In this document: positions 10,901 to 18,660 of the stretch, in pieces | Layout: the number at the start of each line of letters is the position of its first letter | How positions within the stretch are numbered: the first letter of the stretch is position 1 | NCBI GenBank assembly: GCA_964563185.1 | Contig: CAZLXD010000002.1 | Coordinates: 1 to 51,542, forward strand | Length of the DNA: 51,542 nt | DNA from: an uncultured Chitinophaga sp. | GTDB taxonomy: Bacteria > Bacteroidota > Bacteroidia > Chitinophagales > LD1 | Direction: 5' to 3' | Translations under genes and position numbers: made by a program | The notes under the pieces: model-generated | Told to the model about the DNA's origin: nothing | What the model saw: the letters and a program-made list of their open reading frames with translations, nothing else | Database searches by the model: none

Positions 10901-11307
10901 TGAGGGTCGTTATCCAAATCGCTCGGTAAGTCTTTCTTTCCCTTTGCTACCGCATCAGTTACCTTTTGTTTACAGTCGGCCGGCTTTAAATCGGTCGAAA
11001 ATTCAACGGTAATAATGGAAACATCGGAAAGTGAGTTGCTGGTAATTTTCTTAACGCCATTTAAGCCCTTTACCTGCTTTTCAATCGGTTTGGTAATCAG
11101 GTTTTCAATGTCTTCGGGCGTTGCTCCCGGATATATGGTAACAATAGATATTGTTGGAACAACCACATCAGGGAAAAGTTCTTTGGGCAAATTGTTGTAA
11201 ATCATTAGCCCGCTAAACAGGATCATGACCATGAACACGTAAATACTGGTGGCGTTATTGATACACCAACTGGTAAAACCTAACTCTTTTAATCGTTCTG
11301 TTTTCAT
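7942..11307 (-). CDS. Efflux RND transporter permease subunit (AcrB/HAE1-like)
   Basis: 1121 aa with 12-TM RND architecture and two large periplasmic loops. Located in an operon with MFP and TolC genes. Confidence 0.93.
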   Translation of the reverse strand: MKTERLKELGFTSWCINNATSIYVFMVMILFSGLMIYNNLPKELFPDVVVPTISIVTIYPGATPEDIENLITKPIEKQVKGLNGVKKITSNSLSDVSIITVEFSTDLKPADCKQKVTDAVAKGKKDLPSDLDNDPQIQEFDINELPIMNINLAGDLPLDQIKKYGEDLKDRIESMKEITRVDIVGGLDREIQINVDLYKMTSAGIAFRDIEDAVTRENLNVSGGEVRVDDLRRNLRVTGEFKDPKELENLIVRSFVGTTVFLKDIATIEDAFKEKQDFAQLDKKSVVTLNVVKRSGENLINATDQIYKIIEEYQDTKFPKGLQVKVTGDTSENTRIQLHDLLNTVILGFVFVVFVLMFFMGFTNAFFVGLSVPLTTLVAFLFMPALGMTMNVMVLFSLLLALGIVVDDAIVVIENTHRIFHKYDFDIKQSAKYAAGEVFIPVLAGTLTTLAPFFPLLFWPGIIGKFMKNLPITLIITLGASLFVAFVMNPVFAVSFMKREEHGESKLKDYKWGFVVFGIIAALGYLFGSMGVGNFSVFCIILLLLYHFFFHGAIIWWQTKFWPNISNAYRKILRAFIHGKRPIAVVLGAVALLVVSWTIFLLSKTPYVTFPSGDPNFVYVYCKLPMGTDANVTDSITRIIEKRVYKVIGENNPDVTSVIANVGLGAGDPQNPDKVATPNKSKVAVAFKKYADRKYPHTIIWLDSVQKEFKKLGIAGAEISVEPERNGPPTGKPITIEISGDDYTKLAEISAELKRKIDDSGIQGIDELKSDLQISKPEIIVDLDKEKMQREGISLGQVAVELRTALFGKEVSKFRDVEDDAPIMLRLKAEDRASVEKLMNVYISYMDFSTGSFRQVPISAIANIRYGNTISVINRKNQNRVVTLSSDISAGFNASEVVPQVKDLIANAEVPEGYEIKMTGEQEQQQETGAFLGVAFLGALALMFFIMVLQFNSVIKPLIIFTTVMFSLIGVALGFAFTRMTMSIVMTGVGVFALAGIVIRNGILLIEFIDELRERGEGVEDAVVDGGATRMTPVILTASAAILGLIPLAIGLNIDFAKLFSEFKPEFYLGGDNVMFWGPLSWTMIYGLIVATFLTLLVVPTMYMLGYKTRAWFRRKLGLQG

Positions 11308-11376
11308 GTTTGAATTTCTTGTAGCCTACACTCTTGCTCAAACTAACAGCAAGAAACCGGCAGCCTCCGCGTCTTT

Positions 11377-12510
11377 TTAATACTCAATTTTCTGTCCGTC
11401 CACCACTTCGGTATACCCAAAAGTTATCACCTTGTCGCCTTCCTCTAAACCTTCCAACACAATAGTGCGCCCGTTGTAATTAGCCCCGGCCTTAACCATG
11501 TGTTTTTGCGCTACCGCATTGGTCTTTTCGCCTTTTGCGGTTAACACATATTCTCCATCGGCATTTCGTTGAATAACATTGGATGGAACCAGTAGTACAT
11601 CTTTGTAAACCGCATCGTTTATTTTCAGTTTGGCAATCATGTTTGCTCCGTAGTCATTGCTTCCGGGCAGTTTTACTTCCAACTGGAATGTGCGCGAGCG
11701 GGGGTCAATGGTTTTGGATACATAACTAACCGCAGCTGTAACAAATTTGTTGATGTCGGGGAATTCTATTTCCACTCTATCACCTTGCTTCACTTTTCCA
11801 AAGTCGCTATCGGCAAGCTTGGCTTTTATAGTCAGTTTATCGGGGTTAATAATTCGAATGCCCGGCATTAACTGGCTTGGTGCAGCCATATCTCCCACGC
11901 GAAGGTTAACGGCATCTACCACACCACTGATAGGTGCAATTACCTTCGTCATTTCCAATTGCTTTTTCAAAGCAGCCAAACCTGCTTCTGCCGCTTCTTT
12001 CTGTGTTTTGGCTTGCAGGTATTGTATCTCGCTTCCTATTTTTTGCTCCCACAAAGCTGCTTGCTTTTCGTAAGCTGTTTTAGCTAAAGCTACTTGTGTT
12101 TCTGTTGACTTAACCTGGTCTTCCAAAGCAGCGGTAGTTTGGGTAGTGGCTAATATCTGGCCTTTAGTTACGCGGTCGCCTACTTTTACAAAAATTGCGG
12201 AAACCACCCCAGGCTGTTGGTTAAGAGCCATAATGTTTTCTTCGGCATCAACCGTTCCCTGCACTTCAATGTAATGGCGGAATTCCTGCTTGGTTACTTC
12301 TTCAGCCTGTACCAGTTTGGTTTTCTGTACCACATGGAAAGAAGTATCCAGTTTGGCTATCTCCTTCTCAAGTGTGGCTATTTTTGCTGTTGTTTCCTTT
12401 AGTGTTGCTTTTGCGTCCGATAGTTCTTTCTTCTTTTTTTCCAATTCACTTCCTCCTCCGCATGAGTTGACAAGTGTAAGAACCGAAAGGGCAAGAATAA
12501 ATTTCTTCAT
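11377..12510 (-). CDS. Efflux RND transporter periplasmic adaptor (MFP/HlyD family) lipoprotein
   Basis: Lipoprotein signal (LVNSCGG), a coiled-coil hairpin segment and barrel-sandwich motifs. Position between the TolC and RND genes. Confidence 0.9.
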   Translation of the reverse strand: MKKFILALSVLTLVNSCGGGSELEKKKKELSDAKATLKETTAKIATLEKEIAKLDTSFHVVQKTKLVQAEEVTKQEFRHYIEVQGTVDAEENIMALNQQPGVVSAIFVKVGDRVTKGQILATTQTTAALEDQVKSTETQVALAKTAYEKQAALWEQKIGSEIQYLQAKTQKEAAEAGLAALKKQLEMTKVIAPISGVVDAVNLRVGDMAAPSQLMPGIRIINPDKLTIKAKLADSDFGKVKQGDRVEIEFPDINKFVTAAVSYVSKTIDPRSRTFQLEVKLPGSNDYGANMIAKLKINDAVYKDVLLVPSNVIQRNADGEYVLTAKGEKTNAVAQKHMVKAGANYNGRTIVLEGLEEGDKVITFGYTEVVDGQKIEY

Positions 12511-12531
12511 AATTTATGGTTTGAGTTGTTG

Positions 12532-13986
12532 TTATTTAATTCCTAATGCTTTGTCTAAGTCGGCCTTGGCATTCAGTAAACTCAGTATGCTTTGAATACG
12601 CTTAAGATGATTGGTGGCATTGTCGTTTTCGCTTTGCACTAATTCAAAACTACTGCCTATGCCTTCTTTGTATTTAATCTGGTTAGTCTTAAAAATCTTC
12701 TCGCTTAAATCGGTAGCGCGTTTGTTGTTGGCTTCATCAATTAAAGCCGATTCAAACTGCGAGCGCGATGCGCGGAATTGCAACTCGGCTGCTTGTTTAA
12801 AGTTCTCTAAGTCGTTAATTGTTTTCTGTTTATCAAGTTTGGCCTGTTTAACATTAGCCAGGCGGCTGCCTGAATCGAAAATGGGGAGCTTAAGCGTAAG
12901 GCCTACCAACCCTTGATCAAACCACTGCGTGCGCTTGCGCGTATCGCCATCGGGGTAGGTAGTGGTGGTGCTTTTGAATAAATCGCCAAAACTGTTTGCC
13001 TGCGCCTGCCAGCCGTAGTTTAAAAATGCAAACATACTTGGGAAGTAACCGCTTCTGCGCTGTGCCTCGTCATAGCCGCGAATGCGTACAGCTGTTTCTA
13101 ACAACTCGTTTTCGGTACGCTTGGTTACATCAAACTTCGATTCGGCATCAACGGTTAGCTGAGTACGAAGGTCTTCCAGATTATCTTTCAGAATCAACTC
13201 ATCGTTCAGGTTCATTCCCATCTGAAATTTCAGATTGTCGGTAGCCACTTTTGCCATTTGAGTTTGCAAAGTGATTTGGCTTTGCAGTTGAGTTTCGGCT
13301 AATGCCAGACGGTCAACATCCAATTCCTCAATCAAACCCTTTTTAAATATTTCGCGCGTGTCGCTCAACAGCTTTTGCACCAATTTTAGGTTTTCGCCCA
13401 ACTTGGCTACCGCTTCGTTAGCTGCTGCAGACTGATAGTAAGATTTTTTTACATTGTAGATAACCTCGATGTCCGTAAGGTCTTTTTGCAGGCGGGCTGT
13501 TTTAGTAAAGTCCTTGGTAGCTTGTAATCCTATAAAATAACGGCCATCGAAAATTAACTGCGAAACTGTAAGAGAAGACGAAATGTTGTGGGGAAGAACA
13601 AACGAAAATTCGGAGTCCTTGTTGTTAATCATGTTATTATAAAGTATGCCGGCAATGTTGGGATCCTGTGAAGCCAGATAGCCGAATACCTGAGAGGTAA
13701 CCTGTGTGGTATCGCTGAAAAAACTGTTGAAGGCCGGTGAAACAGGTCGTTTAAAATAATAGGTATATCCCATTTCAGCGCCAATGGTTGGCAGGCCGGT
13801 AGCCATTATCTCCCAGTTACGGGCTTTTGCAATATCCTGATCCAACTTTGCATTCTTGGCTTTGCTGTTAAATTCTAAAGCAAAATCTACGGCTTCTTTA
13901 AGCGTAACAGCCTTAACCGCTGTCGGTTCCTGAGCCTGAACCAAAAGAATATTAAAAGTTAGTATGGTGAATAGTATCCTTTTCAT
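12532..13986 (-). CDS. TolC family outer-membrane efflux protein
   Basis: Signal peptide, 484 aa and duplicated TolC-repeat pattern. Operon context. Confidence 0.88.
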   Translation of the reverse strand: MKRILFTILTFNILLVQAQEPTAVKAVTLKEAVDFALEFNSKAKNAKLDQDIAKARNWEIMATGLPTIGAEMGYTYYFKRPVSPAFNSFFSDTTQVTSQVFGYLASQDPNIAGILYNNMINNKDSEFSFVLPHNISSSLTVSQLIFDGRYFIGLQATKDFTKTARLQKDLTDIEVIYNVKKSYYQSAAANEAVAKLGENLKLVQKLLSDTREIFKKGLIEELDVDRLALAETQLQSQITLQTQMAKVATDNLKFQMGMNLNDELILKDNLEDLRTQLTVDAESKFDVTKRTENELLETAVRIRGYDEAQRRSGYFPSMFAFLNYGWQAQANSFGDLFKSTTTTYPDGDTRKRTQWFDQGLVGLTLKLPIFDSGSRLANVKQAKLDKQKTINDLENFKQAAELQFRASRSQFESALIDEANNKRATDLSEKIFKTNQIKYKEGIGSSFELVQSENDNATNHLKRIQSILSLLNAKADLDKALGIK

Positions 13987-13988
13987 GG

Positions 13989-14603
13989 TTACTTTTTAAA
14001 TAAGTTATGTTGTTCCAGAAGTTTCAGTCCTTCTTTGGAAACGATGCCCCGTAGGTGATAATTCTGGTATTCTTTATAAAGATTGATAAACATGTATTTC
14101 TTAACCGGGAAAAACTCCTGATTCATTAATATGTCAATTCCACCTACATACAGGCGGGCAATTACGTCTACATCCATGTTGCCGCGGTACAAGCCCTGCT
14201 CAATTCCCTTGGCAAGGTTATCGTTAATGCGGCTAAGCACGTAGTTGAAGCGGTAATCGTTGTATATACTCCATGTTTCAGGATAATATTTTCGCAAATC
14301 GTTCAGGGCGTAGGCATTAAACTCACGTAAATGGTTAAAGAAGTAATCAGCCATCTGAATCATTTCATCCACCGAATTTTTGGCCGAAGCCAGTATGGAA
14401 TCCATTTGCGCACGTTCCGTTTCCAAATAATCCAGCATCACCAGTTTTACCAGGTCAGCCTTATTGTCCACCACCCGGTAAATGGTCTTTTTGCTCATTC
14501 CAAGTTCGCGGGCAATATCGTCCATGGTAAGGCTTTTAATGCCATACTTCTTAAACATGTCCGAAGCTTTCTGAATAAGGACTTTTGCCTGCTGGTCTTT
14601 CAT
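13989..14603 (-). CDS. TetR/AcrR family transcriptional regulator
   Basis: TetR HTH signature (GIKSLTMDDIARELGMSKKTIYRVV). The track start at 14615 is TTG; the in-frame ATG at 14603 (MKDQQ...) is preferred. Confidence 0.9.
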   Translation of the reverse strand: MKDQQAKVLIQKASDMFKKYGIKSLTMDDIARELGMSKKTIYRVVDNKADLVKLVMLDYLETERAQMDSILASAKNSVDEMIQMADYFFNHLREFNAYALNDLRKYYPETWSIYNDYRFNYVLSRINDNLAKGIEQGLYRGNMDVDVIARLYVGGIDILMNQEFFPVKKYMFINLYKEYQNYHLRGIVSKEGLKLLEQHNLFKK

Positions 14604-14612
14604 GAGCGGGCG

Positions 14613-14620
14613 CAAATGTA
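14613..14620 (-). promoter_or_regulatory. Candidate Bacteroidota -7 promoter box (TACATTTG on the minus strand) for the tetR-efflux operon
   Basis: Matches TAnnTTTG, about 10 nt upstream of the tetR ATG. This implies a very short leader. Confidence 0.3.
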
Positions 14621-14628
14621 TACGAACA

Positions 14629-14661
14629 AAACTTTGGAAACAAAAAAAAGCGCCAAAGTTT
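14629..14661. promoter_or_regulatory. 9-bp inverted repeat AAACTTTGG-N15-CCAAAGTTT, a candidate TetR operator
   Basis: Perfect 9-bp arms were read directly. It lies 26-58 bp upstream of the tetR start, overlapping the expected -33 region. Confidence 0.35.
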
Positions 14662-14726
14662 CCTGTAAAATATATGAAACGTTGTTTTTGTTGGTTTAAC
14701 CGTTAGCAAAAAACGACCTTTACCGT

Positions 14727-15479
14727 ATGAGTTTTCAGGACCATTTCTCGAAGCAATCGGCTATTTATTTAAAGGCCCGCCCCACATACCCCGATGAATT
14801 GTTTGCCTACTTAGCCCGGTTAGCTCCCTCGCGCAAAGTTTGTTGGGACTGCGCCACCGGGAACGGTCAGGCTGCTATTTCGTTGGCTGAACACTTTGAA
14901 AAAGTAATTGCTACAGATGGCAGCCCGGAACAAATTGAAAAGGCAATACCCAAAGCCGGAGTGGAATACCGGGTGGGCACGGCTGAAGAATCGGGATTGG
15001 AAAGTGGCAGCGTTGACCTGATAACCGTAGCTACCGCGGCACACTGGTTTAACCACGAAAAGTTTTACAAGGAAGCCCTCCGGGTGGCAAAACCGAATGG
15101 CATATTGGCTGTGTGGACTTATTCTGAGGCAAAAATTTCAGATGAAATAGACGAGTTGATGGAATGGTTTATGTACACCTATTTGCATGATTACTGGCCT
15201 GACGGACGCTGGTACGTGCGCAACAGGTATGAAACGTTGCCTTTTCCTTTTTCATCCATAAACACGCCCGATTTCTATTGCAAAATGATTTGGAACAAAG
15301 AGCAATGGTTAAACTATGTAAAGAGTTGGTCCAGCTACACCAATTATGTAACTAAACATAAAACCGACCCGTTACAGGTAATTGCCGATAAATTGAATAT
15401 GCTTTGGAATGATACTGAAACTAGCGAAGTCGTTTGGCCTTTACACTTAAAATGTGCCCGCCTGAATGAAAACTCATAA
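14727..15479 (+). CDS. Class I SAM-dependent methyltransferase
   Basis: Motif I VCWDCATGNGQ, followed by an acidic loop (ATDGS). Confidence 0.8.
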   Translation: MSFQDHFSKQSAIYLKARPTYPDELFAYLARLAPSRKVCWDCATGNGQAAISLAEHFEKVIATDGSPEQIEKAIPKAGVEYRVGTAEESGLESGSVDLITVATAAHWFNHEKFYKEALRVAKPNGILAVWTYSEAKISDEIDELMEWFMYTYLHDYWPDGRWYVRNRYETLPFPFSSINTPDFYCKMIWNKEQWLNYVKSWSSYTNYVTKHKTDPLQVIADKLNMLWNDTETSEVVWPLHLKCARLNENS

Positions 15480-15545
15480 TAGGGCTTTTACTGAAAAAAC
15501 GTTAAACCCTGCGCCTGTATACGTATGAACATTGGTAAAAGGCAT

Positions 15546-15553
15546 TACATTTG
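15546..15553 (+). promoter_or_regulatory. Candidate -7 promoter box TACATTTG
   Basis: Matches TAnnTTTG, about 46 nt upstream of the DUF1573 gene ATG. Confidence 0.35.
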
Positions 15554-15598
15554 ATTTACCTGAAACGGAACAATAATTAAAAAACAAAATCAACAACG

Positions 15599-16036
15599 AT
15601 GAGAAAGTTATTTCTGATGTTAAGTTTTGCAGGGGCAAGTTTGTTTGCTGTTGCTCAGGATGCAGCCACTCCGGCTCCGGATCCTAATGCAGCAGATTTC
15701 AAATGGGAGTCCACTACCATTGACTATGGTACTGTAAACAAGGGTGATGAAGGAAGCGCCACCCGCTATTTCAAATTTACCAACGTGGGTAAGTCACCAC
15801 TAATCATTTCAAGCTGCCGTGGTAGCTGTGGATGTACAGTGCCTCAGTGCCCTACCGAGCCTATTCAGCCCGGAAAAGGCGGTGAAATAAAAGTTCACTA
15901 CGATATCAACCGCGTAGGTCCTTTCACTAAAACCGTAACCGTTTCTTCAAACGCCAAGAATCCTAACGAAACACTGAAGATTCAGGGAACTGTAAATGAT
16001 GTAGCAACAGCTCCGGCTGAAGCTCCTAAGAACTAA
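15599..16036 (+). CDS. DUF1573 domain-containing protein (exported)
   Basis: Signal peptide plus the characteristic CRGSCGCTVP motif. Confidence 0.85.
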   Translation: MRKLFLMLSFAGASLFAVAQDAATPAPDPNAADFKWESTTIDYGTVNKGDEGSATRYFKFTNVGKSPLIISSCRGSCGCTVPQCPTEPIQPGKGGEIKVHYDINRVGPFTKTVTVSSNAKNPNETLKIQGTVNDVATAPAEAPKN

Positions 16037-16060
16037 ACGGAATACCGCCTAATATACAAA

Positions 16061-16094
16061 GCGCCTCGCAATTTTGCGGGGCGCTTTTATTTTG
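16061..16094 (+). terminator. Rho-independent terminator
   Basis: The GCGCCTCGCAA/TTGCGGGGCGC stem is followed by TTTTATTTT, 25 nt after the stop. Confidence 0.7.
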
Positions 16095-16100
16095 TTCGCC

Positions 16101-16108
16101 TACTTTTG
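16101..16108 (+). promoter_or_regulatory. Candidate -7 promoter box TACTTTTG, immediately upstream of rlmN
   Basis: Matches TAnnTTTG and ends 8 nt before ATG 16116. This would give a near-leaderless mRNA. Confidence 0.3.
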
Positions 16109-16115
16109 TGTACCC

Positions 16116-17171
16116 ATGAACCAGCGAAAAGACATTCGTGATCTCTCTGCCGAAGAACTTACTGCGGAACTTGCCCGTTTGGGTGAGCCGAAGTTCCGCG
16201 CCAAACAAATTCACGAGTGGCTTTGGAAGAAATCGGCCCGCTCTTTTGAAGAAATGACCAGCCTCTCAAAACCACTTCGCGAGAAGCTGACGGAAACATT
16301 CCTTCTAAAACCTGTAACGGAAAACATCGTTCAGAAAAGCAAGGATGGAACCGTGAAGTTGGGCATGAGGCTGCACGACAACCGCCTGATTGAAGGCGTA
16401 ATGATACCCGATGACGAACGCAGCACAGCCTGTGTTTCATCGCAGGTGGGGTGTTCGCTTTCCTGCACTTTTTGTGCCACGGGCTTTTTAAAACGCGACC
16501 GAAACTTAGATGCCGGAGAAATTTACGATCAGGTGGTGCTGCTGAATAAGCACGCCATTGAACACAACGGAAAACCACTCACCAACATTGTTTATATGGG
16601 TATGGGCGAACCATTGTTGAATTACGACAATGTAATGCAGAGCATCCGTTACATTACTTCGCCCGAAGGATTGAATATGGCACAGAAACGAATCACTGTT
16701 TCCACTTCGGGTATTGCCAGAGGAATTAAACGGCTAACGGATGAAGGCATGAAATTCAACCTCGCTCTTTCGCTGCATGCAGCAACCAACGAAAAGCGCG
16801 ATAAAATAATGGATATTAACCGCAGCAATACGCTGGAGGGAGTGATTGAATCGCTAAACTATTTCTATAACAAAACAGGCAACAAGGTTACCTTCGAGTA
16901 TATCCTCTTCGATAAATTCAACGATAGTTTGGAAGATGCAGAACACTTAATTGCCCTTTACCACCAGGTACCGGCCTTCATCAACATTATTGAATACAAT
17001 AACGTAGAAGGGGTGGAACTGAAAAAAGCGAAAAGCGAAAAGCGCGATGCCTTTGTAAACTATTTAAAGAAACGGAATGTAAACGTAGCGGTGCGCAGAA
17101 GCCGCGGGAAGGATATTGATGCTGCCTGCGGGCAGTTAGCTAATAAGAATGATTTACTTAAAAACCCATAG
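16116..17171 (+). CDS. rlmN: 23S rRNA (adenine2503-C2)-methyltransferase, radical SAM
   Basis: Radical SAM CxxxCxxC motif (CSLSCTFCATG) and the conserved RlmN N-terminus (KFRAKQIHEWLW). The internal ATG at 16116 is chosen because the track start lies inside the upstream terminator. Confidence 0.93.
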   Translation: MNQRKDIRDLSAEELTAELARLGEPKFRAKQIHEWLWKKSARSFEEMTSLSKPLREKLTETFLLKPVTENIVQKSKDGTVKLGMRLHDNRLIEGVMIPDDERSTACVSSQVGCSLSCTFCATGFLKRDRNLDAGEIYDQVVLLNKHAIEHNGKPLTNIVYMGMGEPLLNYDNVMQSIRYITSPEGLNMAQKRITVSTSGIARGIKRLTDEGMKFNLALSLHAATNEKRDKIMDINRSNTLEGVIESLNYFYNKTGNKVTFEYILFDKFNDSLEDAEHLIALYHQVPAFINIIEYNNVEGVELKKAKSEKRDAFVNYLKKRNVNVAVRRSRGKDIDAACGQLANKNDLLKNP

Positions 17172-17906
17172 GTAAAACGCCAACGCAATAATCACCACCG
17201 TCATAAATACTTTCAGCCATTTTTCGCTGGCGCTTATACTCCAACGGCTGCCTAAAAAACCTCCGGTAGCCATACCGGCACTCAGCACTACACCGTAAAC
17301 CCAGTTGATATTGCCTTTGAAAAGGAAGACGAGAAAGGCTGCCACCGTGTAAGTAAGCATAATGATAGCCTTGTAGTAATTGGTTTTTATAATATCAAAC
17401 CGGTGAATGAGCATGCAGCCTGCCATGATAAAAAAACCCGAACCGGCCTGTATGAAGCCGCCATACATACCAATAAAGAAGTAAGTAATAATTCCCAGCA
17501 TTTTGTGTTTGGTTTCCATTCGGGGTATGCTGCCCACCATAGATTTTAAAGGATTGGTGAGCGTGATAATCAGGAACACAATCATTACCACCGAAAGGAT
17601 TTTATTAAACAGGGCATCGGGAATTTTAAGGGAAAACCAGGCACCGAGCATAGCCCCGGGTATGGCAGCTGCGGCCAGCCACCACATATAGTTTTCTGTT
17701 TTAAACCCTTTGCTGCGGAAACCCATAACCGAAGAAAAATTCTGTGCCAGAATTCCCACCCGGTTGGTGGCGTTTGCCTCGGCTGCACTTAAGCCCGTAA
17801 ATATTAAAACCGGTAAGGTAATAAGCGAACCGGCTGCCAACACCGCGTTTACAAACCCGGCCACCATGCCGCCAATAAGAATGATAAATGCAGTGGTTAT
17901 TTCCAA
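17154..17906 (-). CDS. Sulfite exporter TauE/SafE family membrane protein
   Basis: Polytopic membrane protein with a TauE N-terminal motif (GGMVAGFVNAVLAAGSLITLPVL). The track start at 18074 (TTG) overlaps the divergent gene, so the in-frame TTG at 17906 is proposed. The start is uncertain. Confidence 0.75.
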   Translation of the reverse strand: MEITTAFIILIGGMVAGFVNAVLAAGSLITLPVLIFTGLSAAEANATNRVGILAQNFSSVMGFRSKGFKTENYMWWLAAAAIPGAMLGAWFSLKIPDALFNKILSVVMIVFLIITLTNPLKSMVGSIPRMETKHKMLGIITYFFIGMYGGFIQAGSGFFIMAGCMLIHRFDIIKTNYYKAIIMLTYTVAAFLVFLFKGNINWVYGVVLSAGMATGGFLGSRWSISASEKWLKVFMTVVIIALAFYLWVFK

Positions 17907-17994
17907 CGCGGGCGAATATAAACCAAAGGAATGTTGGACGAATAGAAGCAGGCATTGTGTTTTCCTATTTTTGAAGCTTTTACAAACAGTAACC

Positions 17995-18657
17995 ATGGCG
18001 GCAAGAACAGCTTTAATTATAGGCGCAACAGGATTGGTAGGCGAGCAATGCCTGCAACAACTTTTGGAGAGCAAGGCTTACAATAAAGTAATTGCTGTTA
18101 CCCGCAAAAAACTTTCTGCTAATCATGCTAAGCTGCAAAACATAGTAATGGGCTTTGATAAGCCCGAAGCTGTAAAGGATTTACTAAAGTGCGATGATGT
18201 GTATTGCGCTATAGGCACTACCATAAAAACAGCCGGTAGTCAGGAGGCCTTCCGAAAGGTAGATTACGAATATCCGCTGCACTTGGCTGAACTCTGTTTA
18301 TGGAATGGAGCAAAGCGCTTCATCCTGGTTTCATCTCTGGGGGCCGATGCCTCATCGGCAGTGTTTTACAGCCGGGTGAAAGGCGAACTGGAAGAAGCTT
18401 TGAAAAAACTGAACTACGAAACCCTCCTTATCCTTCGGCCCAGCATATTGCTGGGCAACCGCAAAGAGCAGCGGGCGGGCGAAGCTATAGGCAGATTTGT
18501 GGCTGAAAAATTTTCTTTTCTATTTGCGGGCCCTTTACAACAATACCGCGGCACACCAGTGGATATGCTGGCGCGCGTTATGATTAAAACAGGGACCTCC
18601 GGCTTTAAAGGAACAAGGGTGCTGGAAAACAACGACATCTTTGCGGAGTCGGCTTAA
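17995..18657 (+). CDS. NAD(P)H-binding oxidoreductase (atypical SDR, HTATIP2/YraR-like)
   Basis: Rossmann motif IIGATGLVG directly after the internal ATG at 17995. The upstream part of the track ORF is antisense to the TauE gene. Confidence 0.75.
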   Translation: MAARTALIIGATGLVGEQCLQQLLESKAYNKVIAVTRKKLSANHAKLQNIVMGFDKPEAVKDLLKCDDVYCAIGTTIKTAGSQEAFRKVDYEYPLHLAELCLWNGAKRFILVSSLGADASSAVFYSRVKGELEEALKKLNYETLLILRPSILLGNRKEQRAGEAIGRFVAEKFSFLFAGPLQQYRGTPVDMLARVMIKTGTSGFKGTRVLENNDIFAESA

Positions 18658-18660
18658 ACT

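Noticed and set aside
8135-11200. Multiple 60-145-aa + strand ORFs inside the RND permease gene.
   Set aside because: They are antisense shadows of a 1121-aa conserved transporter gene, with Ser/Thr/Ile-rich nonsense composition.
16159-16578. A 139-aa minus-strand ORF overlapping rlmN.
   Set aside because: It is antisense to a highly conserved radical-SAM gene. The Arg/Cys-rich composition is typical of a shadow ORF.
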